Source: Eledone cirrhosa
Lineage: Eukaryota
Direction of reading: 5' to 3'
Assembly (NCBI GenBank): GCA_964016885.1
Contig: OZ024740.1
Span: 94,116,001-94,180,000, forward strand
DNA: 64,000 nucleotides
Numbering within the stretch: position 1 is the first letter of the stretch; the number at the start of each line of letters is the position of its first letter. The translations under genes were made by a program, and so were the position numbers. Below, piece by piece: positions 16,083 to 30,931 of the stretch. The notes under the pieces were generated by a model. It saw nothing but the letters and a program-made list of their open reading frames with translations, did no database searches and was not told the DNA's origin.

Positions 16083-16711
16083 CACACACACATATACATA
16101 TACATATATTTATATATATATGTATATGTGTGTATGTGAGTGTGTGTGTAGGTATATATGTGTACATATATGTGTGTGTGTGTGTGTGTTTGTTTGTGTA
16201 TGTGTCTGTGTATATGCTAGAAACAGTTTTCTTCATGTGTATTATTCAGGCTATAAAGATAACGCTAGAGAAAAAAAAAACAGAAAAAAAACATCTAATA
16301 TGTTTCTTAGTTTCTTCGAAAGTGAATATTTTAATCACTACCAGGAGTAGTGGACAACTTGAGGTGCAACTATACAATGGATAGTCTGCCTACAGTTGTC
16401 TCCCTGGAACCACTCAGACCACATTCTCCTACCCTCCCTGCTACTGTCTTTAAAATATTACTTATTTCGTGGTTCTTCTATATATTCTGTATATTTCTGA
16501 ACCAGTTTAATATATAGTAGTGGACTGATCGAACATACTTGATCATGTGCACGCTACCTCTAGTAACCCGTAGCTTGCATGAAATATACCACCAATAATA
16601 TTTAATTAATAGTTAATTGCTGTTGTTGCTATTATTCTTGTTGTGTAGTACTGTACTTTGCCCCAGGCAAACTATGTTTACATTTTCAATCAGAGTCTTT
16701 TAGAATTATCT

Positions 16712-16832
16712 CATGGGATTTTCTCATGGGTTATTGTGTAATTTTATCCTGGGGATTTTCTCATGGGTTATTGTGCAATATTATCCCGGGGATTAGCTCA
16801 TGGTGTATTGTGTAATTTTACTTCGGGGATTT
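16712..16832. repeat. ~37-bp minisatellite, 3 copies
   Basis: ggggattttctcatgggttattgtgtaattttatcct repeated with divergence. Confidence 0.75.
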
Positions 16833-17300
16833 GAAGGAGTTAAGATCCCTATCTCTATCCACAGGTCAGGCTCTTCTGTTTTCACACATTATTTTGTTAT
16901 TTGTTTAGTCTTAGGTGTGACATTATTCCGGTTCTAAGCCATCAGACATATAGGTATGTGTAATATTTTTTGCTGATTTCATCCAACCCTACGCAACTAT
17001 GGCTGATAACACTTATGTTAACGTTATAAAATACTGTTAATTATCTATTTCTAATTTCATCTATGAAATAATTAATGTAATAAGTTTTTCCCTATTCATG
17101 TTAAATAGAAGGGTAACATCTAATAGAAATATTTCTGCCCAATACTTCATGGAGAGATGTGACAGCTTCCTCGTTCAGTGTTCATTTTGGGGATTTAATG
17201 TACAATATTATTTGGAATATAAGTGTCTAATTTGCACAGTTGAAAACCAATCTCTCTATCTATATACATAGGCACACACAGGCACACATACATACATGTA

Positions 17301-17499
<199 letters not shown>

Positions 17500-18051
17500 A
17501 TGTGTGTGTGTGTGGCGGATAATACTTGACTCCACAGCTCCAAACTGAGCGGTCATTGTTTCCCATACTATTCAAATCCAGATTACCTCTCTGGTTCTTA
17601 CACACATATTCCCACACACTCCAATTAAAAACAAAAGCATATATATACAATGACACAGACCCGTATGAATATATACTCACACATATACATATGCACATGA
17701 ACATATGTATATATGAGAACATAAGTAGCCCTGACGTTGCATTCAAACACTCACGTACCCCAACATCCACTAAAAGAAAGTGGATAGAGGCTTATATATA
17801 CCTAAAATCTTATAGATCCCAACAAACACCGCTTTTTTTGTTGAATCACCAGTCTGATATGCCAATCGATAATGGAATCGGATCCATAATTTCGACAGGT
17901 GATTTTAGTCATTCCTCTGCGAAACAAACGTAATTTTTCAATACACATTAAAAATCTATCAACATGTTAACGGAACTTTATTATTTTGTTTAAGAATGTT
18001 ATACATGTGTGTGAGTTTGTGCTTTTACATATGCACACACAGAGAGAAACA

Positions 18052-18111
<60 letters not shown>

Positions 18112-18116
<5 letters not shown>

Positions 18117-18247
18117 GTGGATACACAACAGTTAGTTCACCACACCGAGAACAATTATTTCACCTTAGCGGATCCTCAACTCGGATTCCGCTAAAGTGAA
18201 ACAATTGATCTCGGAATGGTGAACTAACTGCTGTGTAACCACTTCTA
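18112..18247. repeat. 136-bp palindrome made of two HHR 3' halves
   Basis: tagaagtgg...ccacttcta arms; each arm reads ccgctaa(a/g)gt-GAAA-(c/t)aattg-(t/a)t-ctcgg outward. Confidence 0.8.
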
Positions 18248-18311
18248 CCTAATTCGTCCAATGAACTGAGTGCTCTACCACTACGGATACTACCTTCCAG
18301 TGTTCCACCAC

Positions 18312-18398
<87 letters not shown>

Positions 18399-18405
18399 GT
18401 ATATG

Positions 18406-18503
18406 TACAAAGTGCCCCTAATAAGTCGATACACATTTTGAATACCTGTACCGGTAATATTTACTAGACTGCTGTTAAAGTGCGTATACATTTCTGGGGG
18501 AAC

Positions 18504-18511
<8 letters not shown>
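18406..18511. mobile_element. Possible Tc1/mariner-like MITE
   Basis: Imperfect TIRs tacaaagtgcccc..atacacattttgaa / ttaaagtgcgtatacatttctgggggaacaccctata; related single ends near 19943 and 20597. Confidence 0.4.
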
Positions 18512-18543
<32 letters not shown>

Positions 18544-18544
18544 C

Positions 18545-19445
18545 AAGTTTGTCCTTCATCAGTGATCTTCCAACGATCATAGGCATTTCATCGCTTTAAA
18601 GACCATATACCTCCGGTTGGTGCGAGCAACGGCTAAAAAAAGTCGTTGGGACACGTAAATAAAGGGGACGCGGTTGTAAACAATCAAAATGGTGAAGCAA
18701 CAGAAAGTGAGGAAGAAAGAGACAAGTCTCAGATTTCTATGAATTTAAATTCGGTGAAATCGTTAACGAGAGAATAAAGACCATCAAACCTGGTTGAAAT
18801 GTGAGCAAAGAAGGAAATTCGCACAGGTCTAACGGGAGGAAAAATGGGTCTGGTCTGCGAATTCGGTAAACATAAGGTCTGTGAAATCGTAGATGAGAGA
18901 GAGAAAACAAATTCATACCAGCTTGGCCAGCGTGCGAGAGAAAAGAATTACACACAGGTCAAACGGGAAGAAAGAGGAGGAGGAGAGGTAGTGACAGAGA
19001 ATGAGTGAGTGAAGGGTGAGAAAGAGGCTAACAGAAGAGAGACTGCTAGAAAGGGTACAGATACATAGAACGAAAAAGACGAGTAGCAGCAGAGGAAAAA
19101 ATATGTGTAAATATGATAATAAGGCCGCTGCGGAGTTGCAAATGGGTTACATATGAAAAAAGTTTGTCCTTCATCAGTGATCTTCCAACCATCATAGGCA
19201 TTTCATCGCTTTAAAGACCATATACCTCCGGTTGGTGCAAGCAACGGCTAAAAAAAGTCGTTGGGACACGTAAATAAAGGGGACGTGAGGGTAAACAAAC
19301 AAAATGGTGAAGCAACAGAAAATGAGGAAGAAAGAGACAAGTCCCAGATTTCTATGAATTTAAATTCGGTGAAATCGTGAACGAGATAATAAAGACCATC
19401 AAACCTGGTTGAAATGTGAGCAAGGAAGGAATTTCGCACAGGTCT
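18545..19445 (-). repeat. Direct duplication (~290-bp blocks about 615 bp apart) of a PLE-terminus-like sequence; diverged inverted relative at 20405-20530
   Basis: 18545-18830 matches 19160-19445; contains CTGATGA and GAAA boxes on the minus strand. Confidence 0.75.
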
Positions 19446-19534
19446 ATATATATACATAAACATATATATATATAAACATATATATACATATATATATACA
19501 TAAACATATATATAAACATATATATATATATATA

Positions 19535-19611
<77 letters not shown>

Positions 19612-19622
19612 ATATATATATA

Positions 19623-19678
<56 letters not shown>

Positions 19679-19802
19679 AACATATATATATAAACATATA
19701 TATATTTATATATATACATAAACATATATATATATATATAAACATAAACATATATATATTTTAATATATATATATATATATGTATATTTACATATTTATA
19801 TA

Positions 19803-19910
<108 letters not shown>

Positions 19911-19912
19911 TA

Positions 19913-19946
<34 letters not shown>

Positions 19947-20127
19947 GGGTGTCCCCCAAAAATGTGACAAAATTATAAACGCACCTGCATGTGTGTGTTT
20001 GTGAGTGTATGTGTGTGTATATGTGTGTATGTGTGTGTGTTTGTGTTCGTGTATATGTACATAAACATATATATATATAAACATATATATATTTATATAT
20101 ATACATAAACATATATATATATATATA

Positions 20128-20191
<64 letters not shown>

Positions 20192-20975
20192 TATATATAT
20201 ATACATAAACATATATATATATATATACATAAACATATATATATATATATACATATATACATACTTTAATATATATATTTTAATATATATATATATATAT
20301 ATATTTACATATATATATATATATATATACGGTTAGCTTTCCTCTTTGTTGTTTACTTGTCTCACTCGCTTTGCGCGTTTTAATTGTCCTAATAACTTAA
20401 TTTTCTTATTATTGCACCAACGTGAGGTATATGATTTTTAATGCAATGAAATATCTATGATCGTTGGCAAATCACTGATGAGGGACTCATTTTATAACAT
20501 GTTATCCATGTGCAACCTGCAGTATTCTTCTCCCCATTTTTTCATATATATATATATATATATATAAACATATATATTTATATATATATATATATGTGTA
20601 GGGTGTCCCCCCAAAATGTAACAAAATTTAAACGCACTTGTATGTGTGTGTTTGTGAGTGTATTTGTGTGTATGTGTGTGTATGTGTGTGTGTTTGTGTT
20701 CGTGTATGTATGTATGTGTGCGTGTGTAAGTGGTTTCATGCGTGATTAGTTTTCGTCATAAATGAAAATATTTACTCTCATTTTTTGACAATTCCTTTAT
20801 TAATATTTTCTAAGTGAAGATCTTTTCCTTGATTTTCTTCCAACTATCCTTTCGTCGACTCTTTGTTTCCTTCGAAATTTCTTCAACCATTAACAAATAT
20901 ATATCCATTAAAACCCGATGATATATTTCTATTGATCTCTCTGTCTGCCTCGACCTTTGTATATCTATCTATCTA

Positions 20976-21204
20976 CTGGGTTCGGCTGAAACATTCATTT
21001 GCTGAAAAGTATATTCGCTGAAAATTTCATAGGGTGACAGAGGTATTCTCAAGGAATTACCAAATTAGATGTATATTTTAAAATGTTCCCATCAATGAAA
21101 CAGTGCAGTTATTAATATGAATATTTGAAATTAATGCCTACAAAACTCACAGATATAGCATCACTCGTTCATAGTCAACACATCAACTTTTCAGCCGACT
21201 CTCG
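20976..21204. mobile_element. Mariner-like MITE
   Basis: TA-ctgggttcggctgaaacattca ... aacttttcagccgactctcg-TA: imperfect TIRs with TA flanks. Confidence 0.65.
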
Positions 21205-21644
21205 TATCCTACTCATCTATTTTTTGAATGGTATTCCGATGATTAATTATTTCGTCGTTATTCATGTACATGTCCGAAGAGAGATACCTTAGTAAATAAA
21301 TATGAGTAAGTTAAAAACAGAGAATCGGTCAGAGAATTAGGTAGATAGATATATCGATAGACACGCTGTTAGATATTGGCATATACAGATATGTAAGTAG
21401 ATTGATAGAAGACTAGTTATATAATTATATATGTAGGTATCTAGATAGAGAGGTAGATACTTATAGGTTAATATATAGAGAGGTATGTTCACACTTAGAT
21501 AGGCAGATTTGAAGATAGATACGCGTACACTTTCTCTTAATAGATTAAGATATTCTCCGTAAAAAATTTTGAAATTACCACCATATTCATTCTATCTGAT
21601 TTGAAGGTAATTTTGCTGTTAATTCTAGCATGTCCAATGGCTAG

Positions 21645-21835
21645 TGGATTGGCAGTATCGGCAGAGTGCCTGACGCCATGCTTTGAAGCATAGAGTTACC
21701 TCCCTTTATGATCTGAGTTTAAATCCCTGCCAAGGGTTACTTTGCCTTTCATCCTTACGGGGTCGATAAAATAAAGTACCTGTAATGCACTGGGATAATT
21801 GCTGGCCTTGTGCCGAAAGTAGAAACAATTATTAG
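21645..21835 (+). mobile_element. SINE (octopus-type)
   Basis: Same family as 14575-14765. Confidence 0.75.
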
Positions 21836-22110
21836 TATATATTTGGTCACTATTTTTCATTTTTTTTTAAATTTTAATTTCATTGGGTGTACGTTGTCTG
21901 TGACTGCGTGTGTCTGTGTATTTATAAACATGCTCCAAATAATCAGGTATTAACTTCTCCCTTCGCCTATCAAGAATCTCTCACTTGCTACGAAAGAAAC
22001 ATTGCTTTTTTTTTACCACTGTATCACGTGTTAATTCTTCCCTCCGTCTCTTGATATTTTCTCACTAGCTAGGAATGCGTCAAGAAACAGTCCATTTTTT
22101 TTCTGAGAGG

Positions 22111-22200
22111 TCTCTTGATAAGCTGTATCAACCTCACAACGATTATGTATTTTTATAGTGCAGAGAGCTGCCGACGTATCGGCGAAACTGCAGTAGGCCC
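22111..22200 (+). ncRNA. Candidate hammerhead, TTGATAA core, 62-nt stem II domain
   Basis: tctc-TTGATAA-gctg...cggc-GAAA-ctgcag-TA-gg; stem I weak. Confidence 0.5.
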
Positions 22201-22862
22201 TTTGAAGGAAACATAAGTATATTTGTGTCTATTATTTCCTCACAATTTGAAGTACTGCAGGTTATGTAACCTTGAACTCTTTTACATATTAAAATCCAAA
22301 AATAAACTACTTAACGATATAATTGAACGATCATTATACTGCAACCACAAACTAAAAGCTAAATTCTCTCACTATAAAATAACTTAACATTCGAACTATT
22401 ACTAGCTAACCACCTTCTCTTCCCCCACACTACAAGACAATACACTTCTTATCACTATAAATGGTAACTCAGTGCAATTTGCAGATTACTACTACGAACC
22501 CAAAGTTTACCCACCACATAGACTTCGTCTGTCCCCTCTCTATCTCTCTCTCTCTACATCCATTCCACTCTCTCTCGCCTTTGGTCTACCTCCCTCCCTC
22601 TACACATACATGAACCTGCCCTCTGGGGCAATAAATAATTCCGACCTTGACTATCAACGCATCTCTCTAAAAGTAACCAGTATAATAAAACCCCTACCAT
22701 AACATTTTGATTAAGATATCTACAAACCACTCTCTCCTATTTCTCCAAACCCTGCATATCTCTCTCTCTCTCCCTCTCCCCTACTTTTCTCTCTTCCTTT
22801 TCTACTCTATCTTCTCCAATAACCCCACTTAAGGGTATTTACATTGTACATTTTAACCATTC

Positions 22863-22974
22863 TGCTCTGAGGATTGTGTGGTCACAGCATTTGATATTTG
22901 AGTTCTGCAAATAGTTGTAAATGTGCACATAGCATAACTGGGCTGTATTACCACCGTGGAAACATTTGTAAGCA
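22863..22974 (+). ncRNA. Type I hammerhead, canonical core, 85-nt stem II domain, in an orphan PLE 3' end (about 22300-23160)
   Basis: tgct-CTGAGGA-ttgtgtgg tcacagc...gctgtatta ccaccgtg-GAAA-catttg-TA-agca, AATAAA at 22980. Confidence 0.75.
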
Positions 22975-25900
22975 CACGGAATAAATTACCTTTTTATGAT
23001 GTCTACCTGTTATTATTCATTCTTTATATACACTCCGGAATACAGAACGTTAAGTTTCTTTAACAATTCTTCCATAACTCGTAGAATAACCTCTCACCGT
23101 ACGTCAACCATATCCAGTGTAGTAATTAACCATTACTACATTTAGGACAATCCTATACCTAATATATATATATATATAAATACATGTGTGTGAGTGCGTC
23201 CGCGTATGTGTCTGTGTGCGTGTGTGTGTGTGTGCGCGTGTGTGTCTGTATGTGTGTGTGTGTGAGAACACAAGTTGGTTTCTTTACCCGGGTATGATTA
23301 TAATCATGAAGTAGAAGAGAACGGGCTATAATTTACTTCCTTTATTCATAGACTAAACAAAGTAAATTATAACCTTTTTGACTTTAGTTTATGATTATCG
23401 TTCTCTCCCTCCCTCTCTCTCTCTCTCTCAATATATATATATATATATATATATATTGTGTGAGAGGTATATGTTTCTTCATTATGGCTATAGGGGGCTT
23501 TTGAAACACTTATAATTCATACGAAATTTAAATAGCTGATCTCGAATAGTCGACTCAGAGACAGCCACCTCACCCGACGAAGGTTATCACATGTTTGAAT
23601 AGCTCTATTTGGATTGGAATTCAGTTGCACAGGTTAAACATGTTTCTTGCTAACTAGTTCTCCACGTCTAAAGTATGTTGAAATCAGAGTTTCCTAACTT
23701 TCTTCTTTGACAAGAAAATTGTTTCCGAACATTCAACAGCTTTAGTCTAGCTGCTGATAATCTTCTGATACGCCATGGAGCGGATGGCTTTTGGTAAAAA
23801 GAGTCACATGTGTCATTCGATTTAATGCAGTCAGGCACCACCAGGGGCTGGCTCCATCAGCAGTTTGCCAATGTGACTCGGCAACGTAGAGTGCTGAATA
23901 TTACTAAGTAAGTGCCATCCACACTAGTTGGGAGTGTTAAACTCAAACACACTTATCCGGCTATGTTATATTCAAGGAGATTTCTGTAACATATGCAAGG
24001 AGAATTGATCAAGTATAACTAATGGTCAAATATGTTCCAATGAAAATATCTGACCTTTTGGTTCAGGGACTAAATTCATAAGCCTCCCCTTTTCCGTTCG
24101 CAAGAGGGTACAAACCGATTTGAGGTTAATTTAACTGTTATGTCTACCTGGGTATAAATCATATACCAGTTTTCTCTGTTATCTTTTTAGGTTCAGGTCT
24201 GTCGGTAATCAAATTATCAACACCTTCTCTAGCGTTGTATCCAATTCTACAATATTGCGTTTTTCGATGACATCAAACACAGTAATAATCTGGATTTTTC
24301 AACATTTTGATAATATCTTGTTTTGGCTCCATTGATGCATGGTCTGGACGCATATACAAGAGAGCTTTCACTCTGACCACACTGGCAATTTGGACATAAC
24401 ATGATCCTGTTGAACCCCTTCTGAATTCCCCCTCGAGATCAATTGCTAGGCGTCCAACAAGTTTAACAATGTCAATGTAATCTTACAAATAAGGACTACG
24501 TATATATTGAAGTTGCAGGTTCATTTAGAAAGGGCTCATAGATTATTCTTTTTCATTTACTCATTATTTCTAACATTTTGACAAGGCCAGTAATATGTTT
24601 TATATCGACCGCTCCTACTTAAATGTTAATATAGTTTATTGGCAGCCGTAGAAGGAATAGCAATCTTAGACTCAGCGATATTTTAATTTAGAACATAAAA
24701 AAACATACTTATGCACTGCAGAACATGTTTTTAGACAATCTGCCGATGCTGTCAATCCACCCGCTTCTTTAATAACATAAATATTAAATCTCACACCACA
24801 TGTTTCAATATAATCTGGTAATCTGAGAAAACAATGTAAATTTAAAATAAAATTTTGCTAATTAGAAATATACAGCCACACATATGTATAGCGCAATGTA
24901 GGAAGATAATTACTGGAGATTTCCTTCACTAGACCTTTGCATTTGAGGTTGAACTAAAATCATATGATCCGGCATTTAAAGTTTTGTTTATGAGAGCCTG
25001 GTACAGCAACATTAGTATATTAAACACACTTATTTATCAACATCAATATATATAATTAAATTATATTTATTAGAAACATAAAGAATCCATGCTTACAAAA
25101 CTGATATGTGTTATATTGATTTATTTAATAATAGCAATGATAGAAAACTAAACTTGACTGTTGAATCTAAATGACAGTTAAATTTCCATCAACCCGATCT
25201 AATCAGCTAAAGATTAACTGACATAGTTAACCTGTGGGTTATATGGCAGTAATAGGATTGTTTCCGCCTTAGCACTTCAATTATAAATCTGACCTACTGA
25301 TTCTACCCACCATTTCACTTTGTTCATCTTCCCCACACCAACTCATGTTCTTCTCAACCCTGCCTCTTTCCAACTAACCTATCATTCTATCTAAGACATA
25401 GACTGTCTACTGATAGATAATTGAAAAGTGTAGAACATGCATCAGTGACTTTTCTGTCTAATTACTAATATAACTAGGCCATGCCTCTCTTATATGTCTG
25501 CAACTTGCAAGTGTTGTCACCACAATTTCCTGTGTAGACAGCATATGCATTAGGGTTATCTCGGGTTTGACTTGTATACAAAATGTGTGCATAGTTATGG
25601 TCGCCGATATTACAGACACCTATATTACTGCCCATTGCATTAACTTTTCACATAATCTAAACCGATCAATCACACGCTTATCTCAGAGAATAACCTTGTC
25701 ATCGGTTACGAGTTCGCTTTACGAATTTGGTTTTATTCTTACCAAAATGTACATATTTCAACAAAGCAGAGTTTGACTTGAAAACGAATCTATATGTGCC
25801 ATGGCAACGGTGATGATATTTTCAAATAGAAATGCTTCATTGTCAGGAGTTAGCCAGGAACTATGTGCAGTGAGGGAACAAATGCTGCTCGATGGGCTTG

Positions 25901-27591
25901 GCCAACAGATATGAAAGTTGGCTAGAAATCTTCTTCTGACCAAGGCGGAAGCACACTGCTTTAGTTTAGGATGTGCACTGATTTCCAACGGCATATCGTA
26001 CAACTTATTTTTGTAGTGGGTGGTCGGTGATTGTAGCGGAGTGTATTGTTTGGAAACCCAAACAACATTGGTTGAAATATGAATGTCTCAAAGTGTTTAT
26101 ACAATAATAGATCACCCGGTTTGTTTAGTCTAATTTTAAAATATTAACGAATTTATTTCATAATTTCTTCTTCATAGTTTCTTTTCTGCTATATGTTTCT
26201 CTGCATATGCTTTATGAACATCCCGCTGTCCCTCTTCATATGTTTTATTGTGCGTGTGCTACAGAAGCCTTCGTATTTTGCGCCATTCTAGATATATCAC
26301 GAAAAAAACAATATGATTGATACTTTGTCGTGAAATATGCAATATAGTTGTGTTAGAAAGTACTAATTTACTGCGCCATACATTTAATATGCGATAATCA
26401 TCAACATATATAATGTATATGATATGTACAATACATTAAAAGTAAACTTCCATGTAGTAATAAATATGTGAAGTAAATGTTAGGAATAACAATATATGAA
26501 CTACAATTATAAGCTACAATAGTGAGGAAAACAATATATGTTTGCATATATACAGATCCCCACAACCTCTTGAATATATCGACTATAAAGTGCAAACAAG
26601 AGTATAATGTAGAAATTAGTTATAGAATAATATTTAGATGCACATATGTAAAAGAGTATAAATTGTAAACAAAATTAAAATTGAAATTAGTCATAAATTA
26701 GCAATTAGTTTTAGGTATATGTATTAAATGATGAGTTGCATACAGAAATAACTAAGTAATATTGAAAAAGTGAACATCTCATGAACCCCACCCCCTATGA
26801 GCATAACAAATGCATGGGTTTGATACTTAGCTATGTTGTACATCGATATGTGGTACAGAATATATAAAGGTTTATGTCGATATTATAATACAAGTAACGT
26901 TCAAAATATAATACATTATAAAATAACACATGAAATATCATATGATAATATAATATATATTAGATTTACAATTAATAGAAAATAAGCCCTTTATAAAATG
27001 CTATAACATACTATAAAAAGTCAATATCAATATACGATTGTTGTGTAGAACATATTAGCATGGTTATAAGGTTATAGGCTATAGACATTTAAAACGCATT
27101 AGTTTTTATGTAAACCAAGAAGCAAGCGGTAATAGATTGGAAATTCGAGATAGACATACGGGTTTAAAAAGAAGGAAATACAGTGTCTGAATTTCAATCA
27201 TATACTTTCGATAGTTATCAGTAATCCGAAGAATATATAGGTTAGTAGCTAGTGCCAATGTATTATTCTTGACTATACTCAAAAATATTTGTAAGGGAAT
27301 TATTTCGTGGGTTGTGGAGTCAGAGTGTTTACGCTGGTCCCATTATTCCTTCATAGCAATGATTGTACATAATAACTCATGGAGTACAGACATTCACAAC
27401 ATGAGAAAATCTAAGATAAAGCATGCGGGTACTTGGTATACACACGCTCACAAGGACCCATATACTCACACACGTAGACACTCAAACAAACAAACATATA
27501 TGTATGTGTGTGCTCGTAGGCGTATATGTTTCTCTACCTAACGGTATCTTTATCTATGTAACTATATACTATGCATTTCTCTCTCTCTCTC

Positions 27592-27694
<103 letters not shown>

Positions 27695-27819
27695 ATTAGA
27701 ATACTGGAACGTGTTTGAGTCAAACACCCTCTTCGTATTATAGAAATGACAGTTAAACAGAGCCAAAAAATTAAGAGAGTAAAACAAAGAATCATTTAAT
27801 ACATCAAAAGTTTTTATTA

Positions 27820-27857
27820 GCCGACAATGTTTCGTCCTATTAAGGACTCATCAGGGC
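27820..27857 (-). ncRNA. Minimal type I hammerhead, canonical
   Basis: gcc-CTGATGA-gtcc ttaata ggac-GAAA-cattg-TC-ggc, then taataaa. Confidence 0.85.
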
Positions 27858-29603
27858 AATCAAAACAACAAGATACAAGCCAGAAACTCTGAAGAATATG
27901 GAGTGTACATACACTAATGTCTTACAAAGATATACGATAATAAAAATGAAAATAAAGATAAAATTAATAAAAATATATAATAACTAAGGATGTAGATAAC
28001 ATTAAGAACCATATTACAAATATAGTCCAAAGCCACCAACCTAAATCTAAACAAATTTGGTTATATAGAGCAGGAATTATATATAACACAATATAATACA
28101 TTATAATAATAATATATTTATACCAACATTAAAATTCCAAATTAAAAATCAAAATGTACAATATATACATGTATATATGTGCGCGCACACACACACACAC
28201 ACACATAACAATACTCATATCTATGTTCTATTACACAGAAATTTAGCCCTATTAGAAGTTTGAATATTAAAAATAAGCATGGTAATAGTGAAAAGAATAC
28301 TAATACATCTACCCAATATACACGAGGCAGTAATATGATATAATTACAAGAAACACATATAACAAATAATAAACAACAACATTATATAATTCAATACAAT
28401 ATGATAAAGTAGAATAGATAATCCCCGGTTACTTTACAGAAACAATATAGATGTCACAATGAAATACAATGATAAAATGTTAACATTATATTAACAAGTA
28501 CCATAAACAATATATACAAATTGATTCATACTGGGTTACATAATAAATGAGGAAATATAAATCATATAATACTCAAAAAAACTATAATGGTACAGAGAAA
28601 AATTGTGATGTTACAGAAAAAATATGATGTTACAGAAAAAAATATATACAGACATCTAACATGATATGTAAAGTCTAAATATCATAATGTAATATATTTT
28701 AAAATTGGCATAAAATATATAAATACTTATAATTACAAGGTTAGTAGACAGACATGTGTGGATGAGTGAGCGAAGCCAGACAGTGAATAGTAAATAGAAT
28801 ATAGAATAAAACAAATAAATACAATCAACCGGAAATTACAAAACAAAAGCAAATGTATACACATTTATGCCTCGCGTGCATTAAGAAATTAGGTAAACAC
28901 CAAGGAAAGCGATCATTTTAAATGACTCCAAACCCTATCTGATAAATTAATATTAAACATATCGAACCCGTCCAATAAGGTAGTATAATATTAGCTGTAG
29001 TTTAAGTCATTAAAGTATATAAACTTTAATGTATCATTACAAATGTTTACAAAAAGGAATAAAATTACACTATCATATACGCAACGATATCTAAAAAACT
29101 GACTTAAGTAGAGTTAAGGTAGGCTAATGGGGACAGAATTGACAAAATATATGGAGGGTGCGAAGTGGCATAAGATATATTCGATATACTATAATAAATA
29201 ATAGAACGGAGCATAACAGAGGGGGGGGGGGTAAATATAATCATATACAATCTGGAGGGGTTGACAATAAGTTTATGTGTGCATGGGGGGGGGGGTTGTC
29301 GATAGATAAATCAGAATAGACTTAGAAATAAAAATAGAATTAAAAATAAAAATAAAAATAATATTAAAATTAAAATTAAAGTTAATAATAATAAAAAAAT
29401 ATAAAGATAATAATAGAATTACGTAAGAGGCGTAAAGTGTGTAATCTTATGTATACTAACAAGGTGTAATAGTGAAGACATAGATATGGTACAGTGGCCA
29501 AATGATTATGAGAGCTAGAATGAAGAGTCATACAAAACCAATGATAACATTAATGTTGGCAAACAAAAGAACCCAAACAAAAAACTAAGTAATGGAATAT
29601 ATG

Positions 29604-30653
29604 TTAATGGGTACAATTTGTACTACTAGAACATTTGGGTTTATAATAAAAATAAGAATTAGAAATGGCATGGGGGCAAGAAGAGAATATCTCAGACTTT
29701 CTATTCAGTAAGGGTACGCTAGAGAAAATAATAGAGTGTCTCTCAAGTATACAGAGATTACAAAACTTACTATGTGCAGAAAGGTGGTTAGATCGTGCTA
29801 CTAAACTCCAGTTAAGGCTATATGGTATATAAGCTCCCTTAAGATCCCATATATAATGCGCTAGAGAGGTAGAATTCTTAAACCTAACATGTTTGAAGTT
29901 AGAGATATGAGAGTTAAACCTAGTCTTAAAAGTGTTTGCAGTAGATCCTATATACGTTCTTTTAGAGGAATTAGTTATAACCTCGCAAGCATAGACAAAG
30001 TTCTTAGAAAGGCAGTTACCGTTTAGAGGGCAGTTAGCACTCACTCTCCAATTGAACTTCCGGGTGTTATTGGTTGGCTCGAGTGGTGATGTATTGCACG
30101 TAGGACCTCTATTAGATGAGGACTGTTCTGGTGGTAAAGCATTGTCCGATGCATTCAGACTAGTAGTATGTAGAGAGGAGAATCCATCCCTAATTTTCCT
30201 ATTATTAGTGCTAGCTAAATGAGAACTAATATTAGGGGTGGTAGAGAATGAGAGTTTAATAACATTTTTATTAAAAATACCATGGTATTTGTGAGAAGGG
30301 GAGAAATTTTTCTCCAAGATAGTGAAGAAAGACCTAGGGATATTAGTTGATACATCCTGATTATATGGCGGGTTGAAATAAGTATTCAATCGCCTTCTAT
30401 TTTTATTTATATTCTTATCGACCCTACCTCTATCAAATGTCCCACCGTCGAGACTAGGGTTACTATCGGGAATAGTTGAAGCCACATTCATAGAATCAGC
30501 CATAATTTCGTTATGCCTATTATAGTTTCTACCTCTAGTAGATCCGCTGTTGTCCAGAATCCCTACAAGAGGATTAAGGCCAATGATAGGATCAGTAGGA
30601 GCCACATTACTAGAATAAGATCCAGCCAAACCAACAGCAATGCGTGAGCGCAC
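29604..30653 (-). CDS. PLE linker + GIY-YIG endonuclease (RT missing)
   Basis: YFNPPYN, IKLSFSTTPNI, CPLNGNC..FVYACEV..TYIGSTANTFKTRFNSH..SLAHYIW..CNLCILE..LLNRKSE..CPH. Confidence 0.88.
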   Translation of the reverse strand: MRSRIAVGLAGSYSSNVAPTDPIIGLNPLVGILDNSGSTRGRNYNRHNEIMADSMNVASTIPDSNPSLDGGTFDRGRVDKNINKNRRRLNTYFNPPYNQDVSTNIPRSFFTILEKNFSPSHKYHGIFNKNVIKLSFSTTPNISSHLASTNNRKIRDGFSSLHTTSLNASDNALPPEQSSSNRGPTCNTSPLEPTNNTRKFNWRVSANCPLNGNCLSKNFVYACEVITNSSKRTYIGSTANTFKTRFNSHISNFKHVRFKNSTSLAHYIWDLKGAYIPYSLNWSLVARSNHLSAHSKFCNLCILERHSIIFSSVPLLNRKSEIFSSCPHAISNSYFYYKPKCSSSTNCTH

Positions 30654-30876
30654 AGGGGGCTTGACTTGTCTCTTAGCTGATCAGTGAAACAATTGTTAAT
30701 ACTGTAAATAAACTCTTTTTGTCCAGTCGACCATGATATTACTCCACGAATAACCTGCATGAGAATTCACGCATACTCGCTACCTAACTAATGAAACCTC
30801 TCGTTGAGTAGTCACACAACGCCGTACGTTAATACTATCCATTTAACTGGATTACCTAAAGGGATAACTTGTTATC

Positions 30877-30931
<55 letters not shown>

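Noticed and set aside
16712-16832. CRISPR-like 37-bp repeats
   Set aside because: Head-to-tail with no spacers, no cas genes, eukaryotic context
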